From: Candidatus Pelagibacter ubique HTCC1062
Lineage (GTDB): Bacteria > Pseudomonadota > Alphaproteobacteria > Pelagibacterales > Pelagibacteraceae
Length of the DNA: 32,000 nucleotides
Assembly (NCBI RefSeq): GCF_000012345.1
Contig: NC_007205.1
Location: 1,110,001 to 1,142,000, forward strand
Reading direction: 5' to 3'
In this document: one piece after another, positions 16,231-25,180 of the stretch
Position numbering within the stretch: position 1 is the first letter of the stretch
Layout of the letters: every line of letters begins with the position of its first letter
The notes under the pieces: model-generated
Told to the model about the DNA's origin: nothing
The model's database searches: none
Seen by the model: the letters and a program-made list of their open reading frames with translations, nothing else
Position numbers and translations under genes: made by a program

Positions 16231-17292
16231 TTACGCTTTGTCTCCATATTCAGTCATATGTTTTGGAATTCTTTTATTTTTTCCATACATAAAATGATTT
16301 TCCATGTTCTCTCGATATTTACTTGCTGGAACAGTTAAACCAATTGATTCAGCAACTTCCCTAATCAACATTGGGTTTGCTCCACAACATACTCCAAGAT
16401 AATTAATGCCTAGGGCATAAGCGTCTTTTGCAAATTTACCTATTTCATATCTATTACAAAAATGTGGGTCCAATGCTGTTGGAAACGTTCTTCCATGAGG
16501 CGATGGACATGCACAATTACTTCTGTCCGGTAGGTTAAAAAATGTTGGGTAATCTTCACTGGTTCTATAAGGAATAGGTAAAGCTCCAACATGGCATTTA
16601 ACTGCTTTTCTAATTTCTTTTAAAAAAGGAAACATAGTAGCAGGTCCTCTAAAACAATTTAAACCTACAACATCGGCCCCTAATTGCTCTAGCTCTTTAC
16701 AAGTATCAACAACTGATTTTCCATCTCTCATTTTATTTTCACCCATTGGGGATATGGTTAATACAGTTGGTAAACCTGTTTTTTTCATTATCTCTAAAGC
16801 TTTAAAAGCTTCTTCAGCATAATAAAAAGTTTCACCAATTAACATATCAGCACCTTCTTCAACGGCCCAACCAATCATCTCTGTAAACATTCCTTCAACT
16901 TCTTTTTGAGATTGTGGATCATTATGTTTCCAGATATTTGAATTTGAAATATTACCTGCCATCAAATTTGGTTTTGATCCTTTAGGAGTATCTAGTGCTA
17001 CTTTTTTAGCAATTTTTAATGCTGAACGATTTAGTGGTTCGAGAAGTTCTTCCTTACCAATAACACGCATTTTTTCTCTGTGTCCATTATAAGTAAAGGC
17101 CTCAACTACATCAGATCCTGCGTGTTGAAATTCTCTATGTAAGTTCTCTAAAACTTCAGGATGATCTAATGACACCATTGGGACAAATTCCCCTGATGAC
17201 ATGTAGCCACGTCTTTCTATCTCAAATAAAAAACCTTCTGCGCATATAACCGGTCCTTTATCTAATCTTTCTTTTAATTTATTTGTGCTCAT
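16231..17292 (-). CDS. bhmT: betaine-homocysteine S-methyltransferase (homocysteine S-methyltransferase family)
   Basis: Pfam-02574-type layout with the Zn-ligand Cys in NCF and the GVCCGANP Cys pair. Preceded by SAM riboswitch-like leaders. Confidence 0.8.
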   Translation of the reverse strand: MSTNKLKERLDKGPVICAEGFLFEIERRGYMSSGEFVPMVSLDHPEVLENLHREFQHAGSDVVEAFTYNGHREKMRVIGKEELLEPLNRSALKIAKKVALDTPKGSKPNLMAGNISNSNIWKHNDPQSQKEVEGMFTEMIGWAVEEGADMLIGETFYYAEEAFKALEIMKKTGLPTVLTISPMGENKMRDGKSVVDTCKELEQLGADVVGLNCFRGPATMFPFLKEIRKAVKCHVGALPIPYRTSEDYPTFFNLPDRSNCACPSPHGRTFPTALDPHFCNRYEIGKFAKDAYALGINYLGVCCGANPMLIREVAESIGLTVPASKYRENMENHFMYGKNKRIPKHMTEYGDKA

Positions 17293-17361
17293 TTTTTTTC
17301 CTCTTGTTTTGGAGAAAAAAGGTCACAAAATAATAAGAGGTTATATTCATAGGCCTCTTTT

Positions 17362-17416
17362 CTCCTTTTTAGTGCTTAAGCAAATGCAGGGCGCACAATA
17401 TGGTTCAACTGCCCGG
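17362..17416 (-). promoter_or_regulatory. SAM-V-like pseudoknot aptamer (second element of a tandem leader)
   Basis: RNA: CCGGGCAGUUGAACCAUAUUGUGCGCCCUGCAUUUGCUUAAGCACUAAAAAGGAG. Same conserved blocks and the same P1 (GGGC/GCCC) and P2 (GUGC/GCAC) as the osmC copy. The P1 closing pair differs as G-C versus G-U. Confidence 0.55.
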
Positions 17417-17434
17417 CTTAATTTTATGAAAGAT

Positions 17435-17465
17435 AAAAAAAAACCACCTGTCTAAAGCGGTGGTT
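17435..17465 (-). terminator. intrinsic terminator between the two aptamers
   Basis: RNA: AACCACC-GCUUUAGACA-GGUGGUU followed by a U-tract; together with the two U's closing the stem this is a run of 9 consecutive U. Confidence 0.7.
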
Positions 17466-17467
17466 GA

Positions 17468-17524
17468 AGCGTCGCTTTAGCAGGATTTGTAACGCGCTCT
17501 GCAATTTAACTTAAATCAGCGCAA
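17468..17524 (-). promoter_or_regulatory. SAM-II-like riboswitch aptamer (first element of the tandem leader)
   Basis: RNA: UUGCGCUGAUUUAAGUUAAAUUGCAGAGCGCGUUACAAAUCCUGCUAAAGCG. P1 is GCGCU/AGCGC and the pseudoknot is GCAG/CUGC. It has a U-rich loop (GAUUU) and a 3' AAAGC tail, as I remember for SAM-II. It is directly followed by a terminator. Confidence 0.6.
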
Positions 17525-17527
17525 CTA

Positions 17528-17557
17528 AATATAATCAACTTTCTCTCAAACTGTCAA
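17528..17557 (-). promoter_or_regulatory. sigma-70-like promoter for the bhmT leader
   Basis: On the complement: TTGACA (17557..17552), an 18-nt spacer, then TATATT (17533..17528). This would start transcription a few nt before the SAM-II-like element. Confidence 0.45.
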
Positions 17558-17718
17558 TTGAAAAAATAAATAATAGTTAAAATTATGAGAATAATGACAA
17601 TCCAAATACTAAGATTAGTTAAGAATTGCTTTAATTTAGAGTTAGATTGTAGAAAAGCTGGGAGTACTAATAAGAGTATCCCTAGCATATAAACAAAGGG
17701 TATTATCTGATCTGCCAT
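17554..17718 (-). CDS. small two-TM membrane protein (54 aa), below the ORF-track cutoff
   Basis: My own translation: MADQIIPFVYMLGILLLVLPAFLQSNSKLKQFLTNLSIWIVIILIILTIIYFFN*. The ATG directly abuts the stop of 17719..17925. Confidence 0.3.
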   Translation of the reverse strand: MADQIIPFVYMLGILLLVLPAFLQSNSKLKQFLTNLSIWIVIILIILTIIYFFN

Positions 17719-17925
17719 TTATATCGATGATAGCTTCATCTTTTTGGAATACTTTTTCTGAGGTGAATTTTTTATAACTGCTTGAGCACAACGCATGACC
17801 CCTCTTTTTTTATCAAAAGTCATTTTAGGTTCACCATACAATTTCCATCCATTGGATATGGCCTCCGTTACACGATGGCAAAATTCTGAAGTGTCGTCAC
17901 TTGTAATAAATCTATAACCTTTCAT
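17719..17925 (-). CDS. small DUF1737-like protein
   Basis: The pattern Y.(F)ITSDDTSEFCHRVTEAISNGWKLYGEP matches my memory of DUF1737 (d..eF...V.e.i..GW.l.G.p). Confidence 0.45.
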   Translation of the reverse strand: MKGYRFITSDDTSEFCHRVTEAISNGWKLYGEPKMTFDKKRGVMRCAQAVIKNSPQKKYSKKMKLSSI

Positions 17926-18010
17926 AATCAGACCTTAACAAGTCCTAAATCATGTGTCTATGTTCAGTTTATTATTATTATTTTAAGTCTTTATGCTTCT
18001 ACAATCATTA

Positions 18011-18691
18011 CTAATTTAATGAATAGCCAGCTGATCTTACGGTTCTAATTAATTCTTTAAATCCATCAATATTAATACTTTGTCTAAGTCTTCTTATATG
18101 AACATCAACTGTTCTTGTTTCAACATTGATATTATCAGACCAAACATTCTCTAGAATTTGATCTCTTGAGTAAACACGTTTAGGGTTTTTAATAAAAAAA
18201 TTGATTAAATCATATTCCTTGGGTCCCAAATGAATTTCTTTGTTTTTTCTAAAAACACGTCGTGTTAATCTATCCACCTTAAGGTCTTCGAATTCAACAA
18301 TATCAGAAACTAATGAGGGCTTAGATCTTCGAAGTAGCGCTTTTATTCTTGCAAGTAATTCTGGGAAACTAAAGGGTTTGGTGATGTAATCATCTGCACC
18401 AGAGTTTAACCCTTTAATCTTATCTTCATCCTCACCCTTAGCAGTAAGCATTATGATTGGAATTTCTTTAAATTTTTTTTCTTTTTTTAAAATTTTACAA
18501 ATTTCTACGCCAGAAAAATCAGGTAACATCCAGTCTAATAAAACAAGATCAGGAAATAATTTTTTAATATCTTCAATACCCTCATTGCCATTGTCTGATG
18601 ATGAAACTTTATAACCTTCTTTTTCAAGGTTATATTTAACTAAAGTGATAATGGGTTGTTCGTCTTCTACAATATGAATGCTAACGCTCAT
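18011..18691 (-). CDS. phoB: phosphate regulon response regulator (OmpR family)
   Basis: Receiver domain (DLVLLDWMLPD, TAKGE, GADDYITKPF) plus a winged-helix output domain (VDVHIRRLR). Last gene of the pst-phoU cluster. Confidence 0.9.
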   Translation of the reverse strand: MSVSIHIVEDEQPIITLVKYNLEKEGYKVSSSDNGNEGIEDIKKLFPDLVLLDWMLPDFSGVEICKILKKEKKFKEIPIIMLTAKGEDEDKIKGLNSGADDYITKPFSFPELLARIKALLRRSKPSLVSDIVEFEDLKVDRLTRRVFRKNKEIHLGPKEYDLINFFIKNPKRVYSRDQILENVWSDNINVETRTVDVHIRRLRQSINIDGFKELIRTVRSAGYSLN

Positions 18692-19389
18692 TAGTTTGGA
18701 TCAAAATCTTTACCTTTAGGTCTTGCTCCTTCAATATGCTCTCCCTCGATTAGATAAAATAAAGCTTCAGCGATATTAGTAATATGATCTCCTGCTCTTT
18801 CAATATTTTTAGTCACAAACAATAAGTGTGTTGCTAGATCTAAATTTTTTTTATCTTTGCTTAAGAAATTTGCAACTTCGTTCATTGCGATATGTGTTAA
18901 ATCATCTACTCTCTCATCTGATTTCCAAATTTTAACAGCAGCTTCTTTTGACTGGTTAAGATAAGCATCCAAAACATCTTTCAATTGTCTTTGAACTAAC
19001 TCCCCTAATCTTTTTAAACTGGCAATTAACTCTTCTGGAAGATCGCGTGGTAAAGGTTTGATCTTTTTAGCAACACTTTTTGCTAAATCACCAATACGTT
19101 CAAGATCACTTGAAATTTTTAAAGTTGAAATAGTTAATCTTAAATCAATTGCCATCGGGGCTCTTTTAACGAGTACTGTTACAATCTGCTCTTCAATAGT
19201 TGCTCTTAACTCATTAATTTTTTCATCATTTTTAATAATGTTTTCAGCAGCTTCTTTATCAACTTTGATGATGGCCTCCATTGAGTCTGTCAACTGAGCT
19301 TCAACTAAGCTACCCATTTTAATTAAGTTATCATTTAAACTTTGTAATTCATCCTCGTAGGATTTAACAATATGTGTAATATCTGACAT
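18691..19389 (-). CDS. phoU: phosphate signalling complex protein PhoU
   Basis: Two PhoU repeats (E..D...D motifs; ERIGDLA and ERAGDHITNIAE). Position between pstB and phoB. Confidence 0.9.
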   Translation of the reverse strand: MSDITHIVKSYEDELQSLNDNLIKMGSLVEAQLTDSMEAIIKVDKEAAENIIKNDEKINELRATIEEQIVTVLVKRAPMAIDLRLTISTLKISSDLERIGDLAKSVAKKIKPLPRDLPEELIASLKRLGELVQRQLKDVLDAYLNQSKEAAVKIWKSDERVDDLTHIAMNEVANFLSKDKKNLDLATHLLFVTKNIERAGDHITNIAEALFYLIEGEHIEGARPKGKDFDPN

Positions 19390-19391
19390 GA

Positions 19392-20159
19392 TTAACCAAA
19401 CCTCCCTGTAATATAATCCTGGGTCATTTTATTTCCAGGGTTTTTAAATATTTTCTCTGTTGTATCCACTTCAATTATTTTTCCTAAATGGAAAAAGCCA
19501 GTTCTTTGAGAAACTCTTACAGCTTGGGACATTGAATGAGTAACAATGACTATTGTATAACTTTTTTTAAGTTCATCAATTAATTCTTCAATTTTAGCAG
19601 TGGCAATAGGGTCTAGTGCCGAACACGGTTCATCCATTAAAATAACTTGAGGATTTACTGATATGGCTCTTGCAATACATAATCTTTGCTGCTGACCTCC
19701 AGATAAACCTGTGCCTGCTTCATTTAACCTGTCTTTAACTTCGTTCCATAAAGCTGCTTTTTTTAAACTATTCTCAACAATTTCATCCATATCTGTTTTA
19801 TTTTCTGTTAAACCATGAATGGTTGGTCCATAAGAAATATTATCATAAATACTTTTTGGAAAAGGATTGGGTTTTTGAAAAACCATACCAATTTTCTCTC
19901 GAAGTCCTACAACATCCAGATTTTTGTCAATGATCTCTTCATCATCTATTGTAATTGATCCTTCAACTTTACAAATATCAATAACATCATTCATTCTGTT
20001 TATGCATCTTATGAAGGTTGATTTTCCACATCCAGAAGGACCGATTAAAGCTGTAACTTCTTTGTCATAGATATCCAAATCTACATCAAAGAGTGCTTGT
20101 TTTTCTCCATAATGCACATTTAAATTACTGCTTTTAATTTTTATTTTATTATTTTTCAT
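19392..20159 (-). CDS. pstB: phosphate ABC transporter ATP-binding protein
   Basis: Walker [10 protein letters not shown], signature LSGGQQQRL, Walker B VILMDEP. The PstB-type N-terminus is present. ATG at 20159 is chosen over the listed GTG at 20165; it overlaps the pstA stop by 1 nt. Confidence 0.95.
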   Translation of the reverse strand: MKNNKIKIKSSNLNVHYGEKQALFDVDLDIYDKEVTALIGPSGCGKSTFIRCINRMNDVIDICKVEGSITIDDEEIIDKNLDVVGLREKIGMVFQKPNPFPKSIYDNISYGPTIHGLTENKTDMDEIVENSLKKAALWNEVKDRLNEAGTGLSGGQQQRLCIARAISVNPQVILMDEPCSALDPIATAKIEELIDELKKSYTIVIVTHSMSQAVRVSQRTGFFHLGKIIEVDTTEKIFKNPGNKMTQDYITGRFG

Positions 20160-21418
20160 TACCACTTCCTTTCAAATTTTTGTCGTAAGTAAACTGCTAT
20201 AAAATTTAATGTAATTAAAAAACTTAAAAGAACCATAATAGTTGCTGATGTTTTTTCTACAAACCCTCTTTCTGCTTGTTCAGACCATAAATAAACCTGT
20301 ACTGGCAACGAAGCTGATGGATCCGTTGGAATAGATGGAATATCGACCACAAAAGCAACCATGCCAATCAATATTAAGGGCGCTGTTTCCCCAAGCGCTT
20401 GGGCCAAACCAATAATAGTTCCTGACAAAGTGCCTGGAATTGCTAAAGGCAGAACATGATGCGTAACTGATTGAACTTTAGATGCGCCAATTGCAAGCGC
20501 TCCTTCTCTAATTGAAGGAGGTACTGCTTTTAAGGAAGCTCTACATGGAATAATAATTCTTGGTAAAGTCATTAAGGCTAAAGTAATTCCTGCAACTAAT
20601 GGAGTTGATCTTGGTAGATGAAAGGTCCCAAGCAAAATACCCAAACCTAATAATCCAAATACAATGGAAGGTACTGCTGCTAAATTATTTATATTAATTT
20701 CTATAAAATCAGTAATTTTATTTTTAGGAGCAAATTCCTCTAAATAAACTGAAGCTGCAATAGCGATTGGAAAAGATAATAATAAAGTAATTACAATGGT
20801 AAAAAATGAACCCACTAAGGCTCCACCAATTCCTGCAAGTTCAGGGTTTCTTGAATCTCCTTTAGTAAACAAATATGAGTTAAATATTTTATTAACTTTT
20901 CCTTCATTAACTAATTCGTCATAAAGATTTAATTGAAAATTATTAATCCGTCTTCGCTCTTCTGGAAGTTCTCTAGGGTAATTACCTTTATGCAATTGAT
21001 CAAAATCATCTGATGCAGTTAGTTTTAATACAGTGGTTTGATTTAAAGCTTTTGGATTATCAAGTAAAAAGTTTCTTATTTCATATTCATAATCAGGACT
21101 AAATAAATTAATTAATAACTTTTCTTCAGTTAAACCATTAACTTTTTTTACTTTAAGAATACTATCAATTGCTAGTTCATAGTAATCTGTATTTTCTAAA
21201 TCTTCGAGTGGAGGCGATTCACTTAATTCTAAAGTGTCAGCATCAAAATTTACCTCAACATCGATAGTTGTTTTTAAAAATGCGCCACTGCCTTTTGAAA
21301 AGATAGCATTTAATAAAAAGATTACAAAAAAAATTGCCAGTAAAATAGAAGTTAATCCATAGAGCTTAAATCTTTTTTCAGCATTATGTCGTTTTTTTAA
21401 TCGTTGCTCTTTATTCAT
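20159..21418 (-). CDS. pstA: phosphate ABC transporter permease PstA (long form)
   Basis: The C-terminal half has the ABC permease EAA-type loop ([13 protein letters not shown]). Order pstC-pstA-pstB. The first ATG (21418, MNKEQRL...) is used instead of the listed TTG at 21442. Confidence 0.85.
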   Translation of the reverse strand: MNKEQRLKKRHNAEKRFKLYGLTSILLAIFFVIFLLNAIFSKGSGAFLKTTIDVEVNFDADTLELSESPPLEDLENTDYYELAIDSILKVKKVNGLTEEKLLINLFSPDYEYEIRNFLLDNPKALNQTTVLKLTASDDFDQLHKGNYPRELPEERRRINNFQLNLYDELVNEGKVNKIFNSYLFTKGDSRNPELAGIGGALVGSFFTIVITLLLSFPIAIAASVYLEEFAPKNKITDFIEININNLAAVPSIVFGLLGLGILLGTFHLPRSTPLVAGITLALMTLPRIIIPCRASLKAVPPSIREGALAIGASKVQSVTHHVLPLAIPGTLSGTIIGLAQALGETAPLILIGMVAFVVDIPSIPTDPSASLPVQVYLWSEQAERGFVEKTSATIMVLLSFLITLNFIAVYLRQKFERKW

Positions 21419-22811
21419 ATTTTTCTCTATATTTTTTAACAAATCTTAAGGCTATGTAGTTTAAAATTAATGTTGCAAAGAAAAGTGTTAAGCCCAATGC
21501 AAAAGCAGATTGTGTTTTTGGACTATCGAACTCCTGATCGCCAATTAATAACATTACAATTTGAGTGGTGATGGTAGTGGTAGACTCAAGTGGATTAATG
21601 GTTAGATTTGCGGCTAAACCAGCAGCCATTACCACAATCATTGTTTCACCAATGGCTCTTGATACAGCTAATAACACCGAGCCCACAATCCCTGGTAATG
21701 CAGCAGGAATTACAACATTTTTAATAGTTTCTGATTTGGTTGCTCCAATTGCATAAGATCCATCTCTTAAAGATTGAGGGACTGCATTAATCACGTCATC
21801 AGATAATGAAGACACATAAGGAATAATCATAACCCCCATTACCAATCCTGCAGCAAGAGCACTTTCAGAAGATACCTCTAAATTTAACTTTTCACCTAAT
21901 TCTCTAAAAAAGGGGCCGACAGTAAGCGCTGCAAAAAAACCATATACAACTGTTGGAATTCCAGCCAGGATTTCAATAATTGGTTTAGAATATTTTCTAA
22001 CTTTAGAACTTGCGTACTCTGCCATATAAATTCCAGAAAATAATCCAATAGGAACAGCTACAAGCATTGCAATCAGAGCTATAAATGCTGTACCAGCAAA
22101 TAAAGGAACAGAACCAAAAGCACCTTTTAAATTTTCATATTCTAAAGCTGTAATTGCTGAGGCATCACTAACGAAAGCTCTTTGAGGACTCCAATTCATT
22201 CCAAACAAAAAATCAAAAATATTAATTGCTGAAAAAAATTTTAAACTTTCAAATAAAAGAGAGAAAATAATTCCCATTGTTGTTAATATAGCAACTAGAG
22301 AACATACAAAAAGTAACCCTGTTAAAATTTTTTCAACATCATGTCTTGCTTTATTGTTTTTTGAAATTCTAAAAATCCCATATGAGATAGCAGCAATAAA
22401 AGTTGATAATAATAAAACAATTTTAGAATTTTGAGCAATTGTTTGTAAATTTTCATAATTCTTAACACCTATTTTAATTTCTTCAGTTAAGGTTCCTGAA
22501 AAATTACCCTCATAAAGTGATCTAATTTTTTGATAAAGTAAATTAAGTTGGTCCCCCGAATAATTTAAATCGTTTTGAATTAAAGTTTGTGAGATCAAAT
22601 ATTTAATAATCGCTGGTTCAAATATAGACCAAAATAATAATATAATTAATGCTGGTAACGCGCACCATAAAGCTAGATAATAACCATAATAATTTGGTAG
22701 AGCGTTAATCTTTATAGATTGTGTTGATGTAATTTTTCTTATTCTAGAGCGACCATATAAAAATGATAGATAGCTAAATATTGTAACTAATAATAAAATT
22801 ATAATATTCAT
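21411..22811 (-). CDS. pstC: phosphate ABC transporter permease PstC (long form)
   Basis: EAA-type loop LRDGSYAIGATKSE. Multi-TM protein that follows pstS. Confidence 0.85.
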   Translation of the reverse strand: MNIIILLLVTIFSYLSFLYGRSRIRKITSTQSIKINALPNYYGYYLALWCALPALIILLFWSIFEPAIIKYLISQTLIQNDLNYSGDQLNLLYQKIRSLYEGNFSGTLTEEIKIGVKNYENLQTIAQNSKIVLLLSTFIAAISYGIFRISKNNKARHDVEKILTGLLFVCSLVAILTTMGIIFSLLFESLKFFSAINIFDFLFGMNWSPQRAFVSDASAITALEYENLKGAFGSVPLFAGTAFIALIAMLVAVPIGLFSGIYMAEYASSKVRKYSKPIIEILAGIPTVVYGFFAALTVGPFFRELGEKLNLEVSSESALAAGLVMGVMIIPYVSSLSDDVINAVPQSLRDGSYAIGATKSETIKNVVIPAALPGIVGSVLLAVSRAIGETMIVVMAAGLAANLTINPLESTTTITTQIVMLLIGDQEFDSPKTQSAFALGLTLFFATLILNYIALRFVKKYREKYE

Positions 22812-22876
22812 GAGCTTATGTATTACAGTTTTAATGTTACAGATTTGTTACAATTTTAAACTACAAATTGTACTAA

Positions 22877-22904
22877 TAAAAAAGGCCAGAAGTTTATTCT
22901 GGCC
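22877..22904 (-). terminator. intrinsic terminator/attenuator between pstS and pstC
   Basis: RNA: GGCCAGAA-UAAAC-UUCUGGCC (8-bp stem) followed by UUUUUUAUU, 24 nt after the pstS stop. Confidence 0.65.
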
Positions 22905-22928
22905 TTGATTGTGTTTGAGGAATTTAAA

Positions 22929-23945
22929 TTACTTGATGCTAATAGTGTTTAATTCGACCGCTGCAGTTCTTACAACATCATATTTTGCTTTAGCTAAAGG
23001 TACTAAACCGATCTCAGCTAAGTAACCTCTTGGTCCCATTGCTTTTTTTGACGTAAAATCTTTAATAAATGCGTCAATTCCAGGAACTACTCCAATATGT
23101 GCTTTTTTTACATAAAAGAATAAAGGTCTAGCTATTGGATATGAGTAATCTTGAATACCTTCAAGACTAGGTTTAACTCCTTCTATAGCTGCAGCTTTCA
23201 CCTTGTCTTTATTGCCAACTAAATAGCTATAACCAAAAAAGCCGTATGCGTCAGGATTTGATGCTAGTTTTTGAACAATTAGAGTATCGTTTTCACCCGC
23301 TTCTACTGCATAACCGTCTTCACGGATTTTAGTACATTCACTACTAGCTTTGTCACCAAAAAGTGCTTTTGCCTCTTTAGAACAACCTTTGCTCATTACT
23401 AAAGAATTCCATGCATCTCTTGTACCTGATGTTGGTGGGGCAATAAGAATTTCAATCTTTTTAGAAGGAAGTGATGGATCAATGTCGCTCCATTGTTTAT
23501 ATGGATTAGCAACCAATTTACCATCTACATCTACTTCATTTGCTAGTGCTCTCCAAAGTTGTTCTTTAGTAAAATTTGAATCTGGAGAATCTACTGCGTG
23601 AGCTAAAGAAATACCGTCATTTCCTACAATAATTTCTATAATTTCAGTTACACCATTTTTTTCACATAATGCTTTTTCTTTAGATTTTATAGCTCTTGAT
23701 GCATTAGTAATATCTGGGTGATCAGTGCCAACACCAGCACAAAATAATTTCATACCCCCACCCGTTCCAGTGCTTTCAATTACGGGCGTTTTAAATTTTC
23801 CTGTTTTACCAAAATTTTCAGCAACAACAGTTGCATATGGATAAACAGTTGATGACCCCACTATCCGGATTTGATCTCTTGCTTGAACATTTGACGCAAA
23901 TAGCATCACCGTCAAGATTGATAAAATAATTTTAACATTTTTCAT
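22929..23945 (-). CDS. pstS: periplasmic phosphate-binding protein
   Basis: Signal peptide MKNVKIILSILTVMLFASNVQA. PBP-like motifs GSSTVYP and TGTGGG. First gene of the pst operon. Confidence 0.9.
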   Translation of the reverse strand: MKNVKIILSILTVMLFASNVQARDQIRIVGSSTVYPYATVVAENFGKTGKFKTPVIESTGTGGGMKLFCAGVGTDHPDITNASRAIKSKEKALCEKNGVTEIIEIIVGNDGISLAHAVDSPDSNFTKEQLWRALANEVDVDGKLVANPYKQWSDIDPSLPSKKIEILIAPPTSGTRDAWNSLVMSKGCSKEAKALFGDKASSECTKIREDGYAVEAGENDTLIVQKLASNPDAYGFFGYSYLVGNKDKVKAAAIEGVKPSLEGIQDYSYPIARPLFFYVKKAHIGVVPGIDAFIKDFTSKKAMGPRGYLAEIGLVPLAKAKYDVVRTAAVELNTISIK

Positions 23946-23994
23946 TTTTATTTTTCCTTTGTTTATTTATATTTAATTCTTATAAAATTTCTTT

Positions 23995-24034
23995 GTTTCA
24001 ATTTTATTACAAGTTTATGAAACTTTTATGACAA
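23995..24034 (-). promoter_or_regulatory. Pho-box array (PhoB binding sites) in the pstS promoter
   Basis: On the complement: TTGTCAT-AAAA-GTTTCAT-AAAC-TTGTAAT-AAAA-TTGAAAC. These are four 7-mers in 11-bp phase resembling CTGTCAT direct repeats, followed 10 nt later by TATAAG and about 35 nt later by the pstS ATG. Confidence 0.6.
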
Positions 24035-24060
24035 AGAATATTTTATTATCTTCTAAAATT

Positions 24061-25104
24061 TTATACTTTTGGAAATTCAATGGTAAATTCAGTACCTTTT
24101 CCTTCAGTACTGATAATATCCATAGTTGCACGGTGTTGATTTACTATATGTTTAACAATAGCCAAACCTAAACCAGTACCCCCTGCATCTTTGCTTCTTG
24201 CAGGATCTACTCTGAAAAAACGCTCAGTGATTCGGGATAAATATTTTTTAGGAATTCCAACCCCTTGGTCTTTAATAGAAAACAAAATAGTGTCCATTTT
24301 CTTAACCAAGGAAATTTTAATGACAGTATCACTATCGCTATACTTGCAAGCATTATCAATTAAATTAGTAAAAATTTCTATTAATCTATTTCTATCTCCA
24401 GAAATTTTATAAGTATCATCTGTAATATTGTTTTCTATTTTTATCTTTTTTTTCTTAACAAGCTCTGAATTCAATTTAATCACGTGAGTTATTATTTCTT
24501 TTAAATCTAACTCAGTGGTGGGTCTAATATGTTCTTGTAATTCGATTTTTGACAATGAAAGTAAATCATTAATCAAATTTTCCATACGCTCCGTTTGTTG
24601 CATCATAATGGGTAAAAATTTCTTTTGCATTTCAAAATCATTTGAAGCATGACCATCATTTATTGTCTCTAATCCTAACTTAATTGACTGTAAGGGTGTT
24701 CTTAACTCATGAGAAACATTAGCAACAAAATCTGATTTAAATTGTTGTGTCTTATATATTTCAGTTAAATCTTTTAAAAATATTATTACAGAATGTTCAT
24801 CTTCAGATTCATTTAAAGAATCTGGGATAATATTTACATTATAGAATTGAAAAATAGGAAGTTTAATTTCTACATCTAAAACTTGTGAACTTTTATCCTG
24901 AATTGCAAGATCAATACTTTCTAATAAATTAGCATCTCTTAAAATTAATGAAATATTTTTACCAATAATATCATTACCAAATCTAGCAACAGCGCTTTTA
25001 TTTGCAAAAAAAACATTTTTAAATTTATCAAGGATAATTACTTGATCCATCATCTCATCAAGAAATATCATTTTTTGATCTTTTATTTTAATATCAGAGC
25101 TCAT
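24061..25104 (-). CDS. phoR: phosphate regulon sensor histidine kinase, soluble form (PAS-HisKA-HATPase, no TM segment seen)
   Basis: H-box FVANVSHELRTPL, N-box NLIDNACKYS, G-boxes KDQGVGIP and GTGLGLAIVK. No hydrophobic helix at the N-terminus. Adjacent to the pst operon. Confidence 0.8.
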   Translation of the reverse strand: MSSDIKIKDQKMIFLDEMMDQVIILDKFKNVFFANKSAVARFGNDIIGKNISLILRDANLLESIDLAIQDKSSQVLDVEIKLPIFQFYNVNIIPDSLNESEDEHSVIIFLKDLTEIYKTQQFKSDFVANVSHELRTPLQSIKLGLETINDGHASNDFEMQKKFLPIMMQQTERMENLINDLLSLSKIELQEHIRPTTELDLKEIITHVIKLNSELVKKKKIKIENNITDDTYKISGDRNRLIEIFTNLIDNACKYSDSDTVIKISLVKKMDTILFSIKDQGVGIPKKYLSRITERFFRVDPARSKDAGGTGLGLAIVKHIVNQHRATMDIISTEGKGTEFTIEFPKV

Positions 25105-25180
25105 AATTTTAAAACCAGAGGTAGTATTATAACTCTAAAAATAAATTTGTAATTAATAATTAATTATATAGAAAGTTTTA

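Noticed and set aside
25147-25164. Pho-box-like TTGTAAT-TAAT-AATTAAT upstream of the PiT-like gene
   Set aside because: Only the first 7-mer resembles the pstS repeats. The second is generic AT-rich sequence, so it is mentioned only as a possibility within the Pho finding.
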